Assembly: GCA_945871895.1 (NCBI GenBank)
Contig: CAMBXP010000003.1
Coordinates: 1,160 to 65,159 of the forward strand
Source of the DNA: Chryseobacterium gleum
GTDB taxonomy: Bacteria > Bacteroidota > Bacteroidia > Flavobacteriales_C > GCA-002722245
Length of the DNA stretch: 64,000 nucleotides
Reading direction: 5' to 3'
Shown: positions 51,932 to 61,402 of the stretch, piece after piece
How the letters are laid out: every line of letters begins with the position of its first letter
Numbering within the stretch: the stretch's first letter is position 1
Position numbers and translations under genes: made by a program
The notes under the pieces: generated by a model
Told to the model about the DNA's origin: nothing
The model's database searches: none
The model's input: the letters and a program-made list of their open reading frames with translations, nothing else

Positions 51932-53898
51932 TCTTCTTGTTTTTTACAAAAGGCTTGGTGCTTTTCAATGCCTTGTTTTAGCTTTCGTATTTTGTCTTTG
52001 TAATAGGCAGAACGGTTCAATTCTCTCGTGCAAAATTCGTAGTAAAACCCTTTGCATTTTTTCACGCGTAATCCTTCTGTTTTTCTTTCTTTTTTAATCC
52101 ATTCATCAGTTTTTTCAAGGTTCTTAAGAATGTTTTCAAAGCTTCTTATTTCATCGTTCAATAACTTTTCTTTAGAAGCGATTTCAGTCATTCTTTCGTT
52201 GTTTAAAGTGCCGACTTTATTTTTTAATTCCTGAAATTTCTCATTGTAGTTGTTTGCGTTAACCACAGAATCGGTGATGCTTTCGTAAAGTTTCTTGTAT
52301 AGGTCGAAAGTCGAATTGTTGTTCTTTTTAAGCGATGAATTAAAATTCAATAGATTTTTGTTTCTGCTGTTTGCCGCAGTGTAGTTTTTGTTGATGATTT
52401 GAATTAACGAGTCGCAGCTTGTAGAAAGGCTATTCTCTTTCTTTTGCAAAGAATCTAAATAATATTTTAAATGCCAATTGAAGAAGTTGCGGTACATCAC
52501 TTTCTGAAAAATAGTGCTGGCCAAAAGCGTCGATGTATTGATAGCCGCCGCGCTGGTTTTTTTTGATTCGTTAGCATTGTCGGTACTTTTTTCTGCGCTT
52601 ATTTTCTCACTTAAAAAAATGTTATTATCATTGAGAGCACTCATTTTCTTGAGAATACCACTCATTTTCTTTTCTTGAAATTTTTTGCCAGTTTCTGGTG
52701 TTTTCTTCTTGCTAATACTTACCAATTCCAGTTTTAAATTGTTTTCTTCTTGCTCTAGTTTAATCAATTCACTCTTAATGCTGCTTAGTTGAGTGCCTAT
52801 CATTTTCTTTCTTTTCTCATTGGTTTTAGAAAGGTTATCCATCAATTTTAAGCTCTCCGCAGAGTACTTTTCATTCTTCTTAATACGAACATCTCTTTCC
52901 TTAACGGTGATTTTATCATAGCTGTCTAAATCGCTAATACAAGCTTGAATTTCAATTAAACAGGAGTCGTAAATCACTATTTTTTTTGAATTGGGAATCA
53001 TTCTAACATAAGTGATTCTAAACACATCTACAGCGTGTTGCAATTTGCCTTGTGCGGGAGTTTGAAAATTTTTGGGATTGAATTGATGCGCTTTTTTCGA
53101 TTTTTCGAGCACACGCATAGGTTCATCCATTTCCTCATAATTCGCTATATCTTTATCGAAAGAGGATAGCGGGCCTTTGCCTTCTTGAATGTATTTCTTT
53201 ATTTCAGCAGAATCTTTTTCAAATATTTGAACGGGCACGGTGTGTTGCATCAATTGCCACCAATCGTTCACAGGTAAATGATCAACTATCAAGAAAGAAG
53301 GTTCTGCAAAGAGGTATTTATAGTTGGGTTTCCTTACGTATTTTCGTTTTTCTTTGAATGGAAACCCCAGATAAATAGATAGGTAACGTCTAAACATTCT
53401 TGGTTTTAATTCAATGTCTCCTGCGGCCCATGTTAAATCAACCAGATACCATTTCCCTTTTATTTGAACAGCGTTCCAAGCATGATCTTCGCGCACTAAA
53501 ATATCTCCGGGCTCGAAATTGCCCGCTTTGCTGTATCCTGTTACAACATAAGCTCGAACACCTACTTGTTCGCACATATCTTTAAAAAGATTGCTGTAGC
53601 CTTCGCAAATGCCTTTTCTTTTTTTTAGGACTTCATTTGATTTTTGTTTTTTGAAATTTCCTTTCTCGTACATTTTAACATCATAGTCGATGTTTTTGAT
53701 GATCCATAAGGCAATAGCTTTCGCTTTTTCTTCTTCGCCTTTAAGACTGTCGCAAAGCTTACGGGCTAAAACCTTGTAAGATGATTTATAGGTTTTAGGA
53801 ATAGTATCAACAACAGCAGATACTTTGATGAAAGTGGAATCTTGGCTGAATCCTTTTAGTGTAAGAAATAATAAAAATATCAGCCAAAATCCCCTCAT
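51928..53898 (-). CDS. transglutaminase-like cysteine-protease domain protein with long coiled-coil C-terminus
   Basis: Signal peptide and Cys/His/Asp core (KGICEGYSNLF...DHAWNAV...D). About 350 aa of heptad-rich, Lys/Glu-rich C-terminus. Confidence 0.7.
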   Translation of the reverse strand: MRGFWLIFLLFLTLKGFSQDSTFIKVSAVVDTIPKTYKSSYKVLARKLCDSLKGEEEKAKAIALWIIKNIDYDVKMYEKGNFKKQKSNEVLKKRKGICEGYSNLFKDMCEQVGVRAYVVTGYSKAGNFEPGDILVREDHAWNAVQIKGKWYLVDLTWAAGDIELKPRMFRRYLSIYLGFPFKEKRKYVRKPNYKYLFAEPSFLIVDHLPVNDWWQLMQHTVPVQIFEKDSAEIKKYIQEGKGPLSSFDKDIANYEEMDEPMRVLEKSKKAHQFNPKNFQTPAQGKLQHAVDVFRITYVRMIPNSKKIVIYDSCLIEIQACISDLDSYDKITVKERDVRIKKNEKYSAESLKLMDNLSKTNEKRKKMIGTQLSSIKSELIKLEQEENNLKLELVSISKKKTPETGKKFQEKKMSGILKKMSALNDNNIFLSEKISAEKSTDNANESKKTSAAAINTSTLLASTIFQKVMYRNFFNWHLKYYLDSLQKKENSLSTSCDSLIQIINKNYTAANSRNKNLLNFNSSLKKNNNSTFDLYKKLYESITDSVVNANNYNEKFQELKNKVGTLNNERMTEIASKEKLLNDEIRSFENILKNLEKTDEWIKKERKTEGLRVKKCKGFYYEFCTRELNRSAYYKDKIRKLKQGIEKHQAFCKKQED

Positions 53899-53900
53899 TC

Positions 53901-55262
53901 TTATTTCGCCAAAGCCTCAATAATATCATGCTTAGTAATCATTCGATAATCGTTATTTCTAACTTTCACCAACATGGCACTTGCCGATTTACCAATGGTT
54001 TTAAGAATAGCGTCCAATTCTGTAGAAGCCTCAATAATTTGAAAAGGTTCTTTCATCAATTCGCTTACTTTTTTCGCTTGCGTTGTGGCGTCTTTAATTA
54101 CTTCGCTAAAGATATCTGATTCGCTGATTGAACCCACGAAATCACCTTTATCATTGATAACAGGAACTTGGGAGATATTGTGTTGCGTTATTTTTTTGAT
54201 GGCATCGGTTACTTTGTCACTTTCTTTAACGGTGATTAAAGATGCTTTGTGATTTTTCACTAAATCGGCTGCAGTTACTTTTTCTTTGTCTAAGAAGCCA
54301 CGTTCGCGCATCCAATCGTCGTTGAAAATTTTACCAATATATCTGCTTCCGTGATCGTGCATAACCAATACCACTAAATCGGTAGGTTTTAGAGAATCCT
54401 TCATTTGTATTAATCCTTGCACCACTGAACCAGCAGAATTTCCTAAGAACATTCCTTCTTCACGAGCAATGCGACGGCACATTAACATACCATCTTTATC
54501 GGTTACTTTTTCAAAACGATCGATGATTTTAAAGTCAACATTGGCAGGCAAAATATCTTCACCAAAACCTTCAGTTAAGTAAGAATATATCTCGTTTTCG
54601 TCGAAGATGCCTGTTTCGTGGTATTTCTTAAAAACAGAACCGTAAGTATCGATGCCCCAAATTTTTACATTCGGATTTTGCTCTTTCAAATATTTCGCTG
54701 TTCCTGATATAGTTCCGCCTGTTCCTACACAAACCACCAAATGAGTGATTTTACCTTCTGTTTGCTCCCAAATTTCCGGTCCGGTTGAAAGGTAATGCGC
54801 TTTCGAATTCGATGGATTATCGTATTGATTAGGATAGAAACTATTCGGTATCTCCTCACTCAATTTTTTTGCTACAGAGTAGTAAGAACGAGGGTCTTCT
54901 GGTGTTACGTTGGTCGGCGTAACAATTACTTCAGCCCCCATGGCACGCAGAGTATCCATTTTTTCTTTTGATTGTTTGTCGGCCATAGTACAAATCAACT
55001 TGTAGCCTTTAACCGCCGCTGCAATGGCCAAGCCCATTCCTGTGTTTCCACTGGTACATTCAATAATGGTCCCGCCTGGTTTTAATCTTCCATCTTTCTC
55101 GGCATCTTCCACCATTTGTAGGGCCATTCTGTCTTTCACCGAGTTACCCGGATTGAAAGTTTCTACTTTAGCCAATATGGTTCCTGGCACGCCAGCCACC
55201 ACTTTATTTAATTTAACCATTGGTGTATTACCAATAGTTTCTAGTATATTATTGTTCCACAT
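53901..55262 (-). CDS. PLP-dependent cystathionine beta-synthase-like enzyme (cysteine synthase fold plus tandem CBS domains)
   Basis: PLP-lysine motif (NPGNSVKDRMAL), GTGGTISG and C-terminal CBS pairs. Confidence 0.8.
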   Translation of the reverse strand: MWNNNILETIGNTPMVKLNKVVAGVPGTILAKVETFNPGNSVKDRMALQMVEDAEKDGRLKPGGTIIECTSGNTGMGLAIAAAVKGYKLICTMADKQSKEKMDTLRAMGAEVIVTPTNVTPEDPRSYYSVAKKLSEEIPNSFYPNQYDNPSNSKAHYLSTGPEIWEQTEGKITHLVVCVGTGGTISGTAKYLKEQNPNVKIWGIDTYGSVFKKYHETGIFDENEIYSYLTEGFGEDILPANVDFKIIDRFEKVTDKDGMLMCRRIAREEGMFLGNSAGSVVQGLIQMKDSLKPTDLVVLVMHDHGSRYIGKIFNDDWMRERGFLDKEKVTAADLVKNHKASLITVKESDKVTDAIKKITQHNISQVPVINDKGDFVGSISESDIFSEVIKDATTQAKKVSELMKEPFQIIEASTELDAILKTIGKSASAMLVKVRNNDYRMITKHDIIEALAK

Positions 55263-55296
55263 AGGAGATAGTTTGAGGTAAAGATAAAAGATTTGC

Positions 55297-56619
55297 TTAA
55301 TTAAACCTGATTGCTTTCACCGGATCAATCTTCGCCACAAAAAATGAAGGAATAATTAGCATTACAATGCAAGTAATTATAGTAACAATGTTAATGGCGA
55401 GAACATGAAAAAGATTAAGGTTTACGGGCATTGCATCAATGTAGTAAGCTGTTTTGTCGAGGGGGATGATGCCCGTGTACATTTGTAGAAGGCACAACCC
55501 TATACCGAAAAAATTACCGTAAAATAATCCTCGACCAATCAAGAACATACTTTGGTACATAAACACTTTTCTAATTTTAGAATTCACCATACCGAAGCCT
55601 TTCAGCAAACCAATCATTTGTGTTTTTTCTAAGATGAGAATAAGCAAAGAAGACGACATGTTGATGATAGAAATAATTAAAATGATGATGATGATAATAA
55701 CGATGTAAGTGTTTAAATAATCGAGCCAATTCATCATTGAAGGAAAACGAACATGCAGACTTTCCACTTTGAGGTCGGCATCTACAAAGAAATAATCATC
55801 GTAAATTTTATCGGCTTTTTGCTGCATTAAATCGGCATCGTGTGTAAGCAGGTTTTGTGTTTTGTTTTGCAAATTTTCATCGCTTACAAAAACTTCAAAT
55901 CCGCCAACTTTATCTTGTGCCCAGCCATTGATTTTTTGAATATGGCGAAGGTCGATTAACACAAATTTATCGTCAACTTCGGCCATCATGCCCGTTTCGT
56001 AAATGCCTTTAACAAAGAAGGGATAGCGTTTGTGTTTGTATTGCATGAAATCTTCTTCCATACTCTCTTCTTCTTTTGCTTTCGTGACAAAGTGTACAAT
56101 GAATTTACTGCCAATTTTTAAATGTAAGTTTTGCGCTATTTTTTTAGAGATGATGGCATCTTTGCAGGTATCGCAAATGCGCAACACGTCGCCTTCAATC
56201 ATGTTGCTTTTAAAATTGTTCCAATCGTAATCGCTGCCTACACCTTTAAGCACCACACCTTGCATGTTGTCTTTGGTTTTAATAATGCCGGGTTTGGTAG
56301 CGAAGGCCTGAATATGTTTAAATTCTGGGTCGGTATTTAAATTTGGGTAGAATTTTTGCTTGTTGGAAATGGGAGTGCTTTCGTAAGAAAAATCTCCTTG
56401 GTCGGAAGATATAACGATATCTGAGCTAAAAGCAGATATTTTGTTTTTCACTTCTTTTTGAAAACCTGTAGTAACGGCAAAAGTTAAAATCATTACCGCA
56501 ACACCAATGGATATGCCGATAATGGCTATATTCGCTATCGATTTGGTGAGCGATGACTGATGCTTTTTGCCCAGTATTATTCGTTTTGCTATGAAAAATT
56601 CGAGATTCACTATCAACAA
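55297..56619 (-). CDS. FtsX/LolE-like ABC transporter permease
   Basis: N-terminal transmembrane helix, large periplasmic loop and C-terminal FtsX 3-transmembrane bundle. Confidence 0.75.
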   Translation of the reverse strand: MLIVNLEFFIAKRIILGKKHQSSLTKSIANIAIIGISIGVAVMILTFAVTTGFQKEVKNKISAFSSDIVISSDQGDFSYESTPISNKQKFYPNLNTDPEFKHIQAFATKPGIIKTKDNMQGVVLKGVGSDYDWNNFKSNMIEGDVLRICDTCKDAIISKKIAQNLHLKIGSKFIVHFVTKAKEEESMEEDFMQYKHKRYPFFVKGIYETGMMAEVDDKFVLIDLRHIQKINGWAQDKVGGFEVFVSDENLQNKTQNLLTHDADLMQQKADKIYDDYFFVDADLKVESLHVRFPSMMNWLDYLNTYIVIIIIIILIISIINMSSSLLILILEKTQMIGLLKGFGMVNSKIRKVFMYQSMFLIGRGLFYGNFFGIGLCLLQMYTGIIPLDKTAYYIDAMPVNLNLFHVLAINIVTIITCIVMLIIPSFFVAKIDPVKAIRFN

Positions 56620-56631
56620 ATGTAAGAATTC

Positions 56632-57846
56632 ATGTTTAGGAAATTAGCTCTTTTCGTTTTAAGTTGTTTGATGATGAATGCTTGTTCATCACAAGTGCCT
56701 TCGATCACGCCATCTGTTAGCGATCAATATAAGCAAGAAGTAATCATTCCTGTTTTTCAATTAGGCATTGAACGAACTCAAGAATATTTGCCTTTCTTGC
56801 AAGGAAAGAGGGTTGGTGTGGTAACCAATCAAACAGGAGAAATAAGAGGAAAACATTTGCTCGACACTCTGTTAAGTATGAAAGTAAATGTAGTTTGCGT
56901 TTTGGCGCCCGAACATGGCTTTCGTGGTAATGCAGATGCAGGGGCGCATGTAAACGACAGCGTAGATGGCAAAACGGGCGTGAGGATTTTATCCATTTAT
57001 GGTAAAAAGAAGAAGCCATCTAAAGAAATAATGCGAACTATTGACGTGGTGATTTTCGATATGCAAGATGTTGGTGCTCGTTTTTATACGTACATATCTA
57101 CTTTGCATTATGTGATGCAGGCTTGCGCAGAAAATGGCAAGAAATTAATTGTATTGGATAGGCCAAATCCAAACGGAAATTATGTAGACGGACCAATGAA
57201 CGACACCACGTCATTTATAGGTATGCATCCAATCCCGGTAGTGCATGGAATGACGATAGGCGAGTATGCTCAAATGGTTAACGGTGAAGGTTGGTTGGGC
57301 AACAATTTAAAATGCGATTTAAAAGTAATTGAAATGCAGATGTACAATCACCAAATGAAATACGATTTACCTGTGCATCCTTCACCTAATTTGGCGACGA
57401 TGAAATCCATTTATTTGTATCCATCTATTTGCTTTTTTGAAGGCACGGTGATGAGTGTGGGTAGAGGAACTGATTTCGCTTTTGAAGTCTATGGAAATCC
57501 TAATTATTCCGATACTTCATTTTCTTTTACGCCGCGAAGCATCAAAGGAAAAAGCATGGATCCACCCTTAAAAGGAGAGAAATGTTATGGTAAAGATTTG
57601 CGTTTATTGAATGAAGATAGCATTCGCGCTCAAGGCTTAGATTTATCGTATTTGATAGATGCTTATCACAACACTAAAACACAGAATTTCTTCAGCTTAA
57701 AAACACATTTCGATTTGTGTGCTGGTTCTTCTCTATTGAGAAAACAAATTATGGCTGGTATGACTGAAGCTGAGATTAAAGCAACATGGCAACCAGGTTT
57801 GAAGAAGTTTAAAGAAATGAGAGCGACGTATTTGATTTACAATTAA
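56632..57846 (+). CDS. namZ: DUF1343 protein (exo-beta-N-acetylmuramidase NamZ family)
   Basis: Lipoprotein signal (LSCLMMNACSS) and GVVTNQTGEIRGKHLLDTL...VLAPEHGFRG. Confidence 0.8.
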   Translation: MFRKLALFVLSCLMMNACSSQVPSITPSVSDQYKQEVIIPVFQLGIERTQEYLPFLQGKRVGVVTNQTGEIRGKHLLDTLLSMKVNVVCVLAPEHGFRGNADAGAHVNDSVDGKTGVRILSIYGKKKKPSKEIMRTIDVVIFDMQDVGARFYTYISTLHYVMQACAENGKKLIVLDRPNPNGNYVDGPMNDTTSFIGMHPIPVVHGMTIGEYAQMVNGEGWLGNNLKCDLKVIEMQMYNHQMKYDLPVHPSPNLATMKSIYLYPSICFFEGTVMSVGRGTDFAFEVYGNPNYSDTSFSFTPRSIKGKSMDPPLKGEKCYGKDLRLLNEDSIRAQGLDLSYLIDAYHNTKTQNFFSLKTHFDLCAGSSLLRKQIMAGMTEAEIKATWQPGLKKFKEMRATYLIYN

Positions 57847-57852
57847 TGCCTT

Positions 57853-57950
57853 CGTAGAGGCAGATAGAATCTGACTTAAAAAAGACTAATTTCCGCTAAA
57901 AAAATAATGGAATATTTTCTGTTTAAAGTCAGATTCTATCTGCCTCTACG
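57853..57950. repeat. Hairpin repeat (family A) at a convergent junction: 25-bp perfect stem, bidirectional terminator candidate
   Basis: CGTAGAGGCAGATAGAATCTGACTT ... AAGTCAGATTCTATCTGCCTCTACG with a 46-nt A-rich loop. Confidence 0.75.
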
Positions 57951-57957
57951 AAGACAA

Positions 57958-58425
57958 TTACGGGTAATTTATTGTTTCTAGATTTTCGAACTTGGCAACA
58001 ATAAGTTTCTTTTTTTTGCCATTCACATTATAAATAATTAATGCCTCACCAGTAAATGTTCTACTAGGTTTTTCCACCAATTTTTCTTCAGAAGGGTTTG
58101 CTCCAAAATCGGGAATTGTACATGGATAAAAACTCTCCTTAAAGAAAAGTGTAATTACTTTTTTTTTCTTTAGTGAAGCAGTATACCAATTGGGTTGATT
58201 TATTTCTTTGCTCGACTGAATAACTGCGTATCCAGATCCATTAAGGTACAAGCTATCTATCGTAATGGAATCTTTAGCCTTTGCTTTAAATTCTGCATTG
58301 TAATAATTTCCATGATAACCTTGCATACCGCCAGCCCAAGGCTGCTTAGTGGCTTTAATTAATTTTAATTGAGCCCAAAGTGTGGCATTAAGCAACAAGA
58401 AGAATACAAAAATTAACTTTTTCAT
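57958..58425 (-). CDS. hypothetical secreted protein
   Basis: Signal peptide (FVFFLLLNATLWAQ). No recognisable domain. Confidence 0.35.
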   Translation of the reverse strand: MKKLIFVFFLLLNATLWAQLKLIKATKQPWAGGMQGYHGNYYNAEFKAKAKDSITIDSLYLNGSGYAVIQSSKEINQPNWYTASLKKKKVITLFFKESFYPCTIPDFGANPSEEKLVEKPSRTFTGEALIIYNVNGKKKKLIVAKFENLETINYP

Positions 58426-58474
58426 TTTGCTGAAGTTATGAGTTTTTTCTTACTTTACTACCATACTTTTTTAT

Positions 58475-59620
58475 ATGAGTGATAAAAGCAACAGAAGAAG
58501 TTTTTTACGCCGTTTAGCCGTAGTGTCGGGTACGGCCGCAGCAGCTCCCTTTCTTGGTTTTGCCAATATGTTCAAAGAAGATACCAATTCAACCTTAAGC
58601 GATATGAATCCAATAAAAAATATTAAACCTTTAGGCTTTCAATGGGAAACAGCCGACCCCTTTTTATTTTGTGTGCATCATGAAGATGCTTTCCCAAAAG
58701 GAAATGAAATGATGGGTCCGAGTAATGAGCATTTTAAAGGCCGACACATGGGCGATGATTTCATTATTAAAGATGGTTTTAGAATGTATCACGGTAAAAC
58801 GGTTCCTGGCTTTCCTGGGCATCCGCATCGCGGATTTGAAACCATCACTGTCGTAAGAAAAGGAATTGTAGATCATGCCGATTCATTAGGCGCAGCAGGT
58901 AGATATGGAGATGGAGATGTGCAGTGGATGACAGCAGGTAAAGGTGTTCAGCATTCTGAAATGTTTCCTTTGATTAAAACAGCAGAAGAAAATCCGATGG
59001 AGCTTTTTCAAATTTGGCTCAACTTACCAAAGGCTAAAAAGATGGTAGAGCCTCATTTTAAAATGTTGTGGAGAGATGTTATTCCCAATCATCAGCATGT
59101 AGATATCAATAATAAAAAGACCAATGTGGAAGTAATTGCAGGTACTTTATTCGAAAAAAAGGCAGCAACTCCTCCGCCAAATTCATGGGCTGCCGATGAT
59201 AAAAATGAAGTGGCGGTATGGAATATCAAAATGGAAGCAGGCGCTACTTTTGCATTGCCTAAAGCCTCTGAGGGGGTGAACAGGAATCTTTATTTTTATG
59301 AAGGAAGTACCTTGAAATTGGCTTCACAAGATATTACTAAATACAGTGCTGTAGATCTTGTTGCGCATATAGATGTTGTTTTACAAGCTGGTGCCGAAGA
59401 AGTAAGTATATTGGTTTTACAAGGTAAACCTATTGGTGAACCTGTTATTCAATACGGTCCGTTTGTGATGAACACCAAGCAAGAAATTCAACAAGCTTTT
59501 GAAGATTATCATGCTACGCAGTTCGGTGGCTGGCCTTGGCCTCGCTACGATCAAGTGCACGATAGAAATAAAACGCGCTTTGCGAAGCACGCCGATGGAG
59601 TAGTGGAGGAGAGAAGCTAA
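58475..59620 (+). CDS. pirin-family (cupin) protein with twin-arginine (Tat) signal peptide
   Basis: RRSFLRRLAVVSGTAAAAPFLGFA Tat motif. Pirin N-domain metal site HPHRGFETIT...E. Confidence 0.8.
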   Translation: MSDKSNRRSFLRRLAVVSGTAAAAPFLGFANMFKEDTNSTLSDMNPIKNIKPLGFQWETADPFLFCVHHEDAFPKGNEMMGPSNEHFKGRHMGDDFIIKDGFRMYHGKTVPGFPGHPHRGFETITVVRKGIVDHADSLGAAGRYGDGDVQWMTAGKGVQHSEMFPLIKTAEENPMELFQIWLNLPKAKKMVEPHFKMLWRDVIPNHQHVDINNKKTNVEVIAGTLFEKKAATPPPNSWAADDKNEVAVWNIKMEAGATFALPKASEGVNRNLYFYEGSTLKLASQDITKYSAVDLVAHIDVVLQAGAEEVSILVLQGKPIGEPVIQYGPFVMNTKQEIQQAFEDYHATQFGGWPWPRYDQVHDRNKTRFAKHADGVVEERS

Positions 59621-59645
59621 GGACTATTTCGGCATATGCCCCGCA

Positions 59646-59719
59646 CGTCATTGCGAGGTACCCCGAAGCAAACTTATTTCGCTCTTGCTAAGGTTGCTTC
59701 GGGGTACCTCGCAATGACG
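59646..59719. repeat. 26-bp perfect inverted repeat (hairpin) between convergent genes
   Basis: CGTCATTGCGAGGTACCCCGAAGCAA (59646-59671) and TTGCTTCGGGGTACCTCGCAATGACG (59694-59719), 22-nt loop, no flanking U-tract. Confidence 0.8.
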
Positions 59720-59728
59720 AACTGAGCG

Positions 59729-60664
59729 TTATTCTGCACTCACCATCTTCGATTTCAGCATTTGCTCTAGTTCTTTAAGCAAAGTGATAGATGCTTCAAT
59801 CTCTTCTTTTTTAATGGCTACACTTTCAATATTGAATCCGAAAGGAATGTTTTTTTCGATGCAATAATTCGATAAAATATCGGCTATTTCAAAGCAAAGA
59901 TCGATGGAGTCTTCTAGAATATTTGCAGAATTAAGCAATCGTGCTTTGTGCTCTTCTTTGATGTGAATGCCCAGCCATTCTAAGAATCCCAATATTTTTG
60001 TTGAACCGCAAGTGCTTAAGGTGAAAATTACGGTTGGTGCTTGCTGGTCGTTTTTTTTGCAGCTCTCTGCTAAAGCCTCTAGCATTTGCATGCTATAATC
60101 TTCGTTGAAAACACATTGTGTTACAAAGTATGAAACGCCACTTTTTATTTTATCAAGCATACGTTGGTCTTCGTCTCCTAGAACGATATGTCGTTCAGGA
60201 ATAGATATAGCGCCAACTACAGATGTTTCTTTATATTTCCACCACAACTCGTATGCTTTTGTTAAAGTGCTTTGAGGCACATAATCAGGTGAAGGAATTC
60301 CTACTAAAACTGGATGCGCCTTTTGCTCCTGTAAATTTTTAAACCATTCACTTAATTCAGCTTCGCTGTATATTCCAGCCGGACGGTAAATAATTTTTTC
60401 AACAACCAATTCATTCAAATGCTCATTTACAAAAGCCAAAGGATCAATAGAAGCTTGAAAAGGGAAGGGACGTTCTTCTTTAGTTCTTGTAGATTCGTCT
60501 TGCACATCATAAACTATCAAGGCATCAATCGGAAGAGATTTCACTCTTTCAATGGTTCTTTTAGCCGATTCTACTACTTTATCTGAAGGAGTTATTTTCT
60601 TGGGCGGAGTAATTCCGTACACCAAAATTCCCGATTCTCTACTCTTTATTTTTTGTAAAAACAT
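59729..60664 (-). CDS. hypothetical protein; weak resemblance to the methylenetetrahydrofolate reductase (MetF-like TIM-barrel) family
   Basis: 311 aa. N-terminal ...VYGITPPKK... is reminiscent of the FEFFPPKT of MetF, with a beta/alpha alternation pattern. There is no strong motif. Confidence 0.3.
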   Translation of the reverse strand: MFLQKIKSRESGILVYGITPPKKITPSDKVVESAKRTIERVKSLPIDALIVYDVQDESTRTKEERPFPFQASIDPLAFVNEHLNELVVEKIIYRPAGIYSEAELSEWFKNLQEQKAHPVLVGIPSPDYVPQSTLTKAYELWWKYKETSVVGAISIPERHIVLGDEDQRMLDKIKSGVSYFVTQCVFNEDYSMQMLEALAESCKKNDQQAPTVIFTLSTCGSTKILGFLEWLGIHIKEEHKARLLNSANILEDSIDLCFEIADILSNYCIEKNIPFGFNIESVAIKKEEIEASITLLKELEQMLKSKMVSAE

Positions 60665-60686
60665 TTTTTGCCAGCGCTTTTTAATT

Positions 60687-61310
60687 TTACTGAATGTTCA
60701 CTAATTGAACTTTAAAAATAAGTGTTGCAAATGGAGGAATACTTCCGCCAGCGCCTCTTTCTCCGTAAGCTAAATTATATGGAATGTACAATTCAATTTC
60801 TCCACCCTCGTTGATGTATTGCAAACCTTCTGTCCAGCCTTTAATCACTTGATTTAAACCAAATGTAGCTGTTTGTCCGCGCTGAAAACTACTGTCGAAA
60901 ATTTCTCCATTGATTAATTTCCCTTCGTAATGAACAGTAACAATATCAATGTCTTTAGGGAAAGATCCTTTTCCTTCTTTAGTTACTTTATATTGCAATC
61001 CTGATGGAGCAGTTTTTACGCCTTCTTTGTTTTTGTTTGCTTCAAGAAATGCAAGTCCTTCAGAAGCGTGAACTTCATGTTGCCCTTTTGATTCTTCCAA
61101 CTTTTTTTGTTGCATCTCTGCAATCAATTTATCTAGTAATTCTTGTAATTCGCCTTCATCAACTAAAGAAGGAGCATCGTTAAAAACATCTGCAAAAGCT
61201 TTTCCCACAAATTCGGCATCAACTTTTTCAACACCATCATTTCTTAATCCCGCAGCCACCATTCTACCTAGAGCATAGCTCGTTTTTTGTTGTTCGTTTA
61301 ATTTCGACAT
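60687..61310 (-). CDS. FKBP-type peptidyl-prolyl cis-trans isomerase (FkpA/FklB-like)
   Basis: C-terminal FKBP domain: VTVHYEGKLINGEIFDSSFQRGQTATFGLNQVIKGWTEGL...GGSIPPFATLIFKVQL. Confidence 0.9.
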   Translation of the reverse strand: MSKLNEQQKTSYALGRMVAAGLRNDGVEKVDAEFVGKAFADVFNDAPSLVDEGELQELLDKLIAEMQQKKLEESKGQHEVHASEGLAFLEANKNKEGVKTAPSGLQYKVTKEGKGSFPKDIDIVTVHYEGKLINGEIFDSSFQRGQTATFGLNQVIKGWTEGLQYINEGGEIELYIPYNLAYGERGAGGSIPPFATLIFKVQLVNIQ

Positions 61311-61402
61311 CTTTGAATTTTTTTATGGGGCGCAAGGTAGTGATTTTAATAGTTATTTTTTTGATTTTTTAAATATTCCGAGGTCTATCTAATCCTTATC
61401 TT

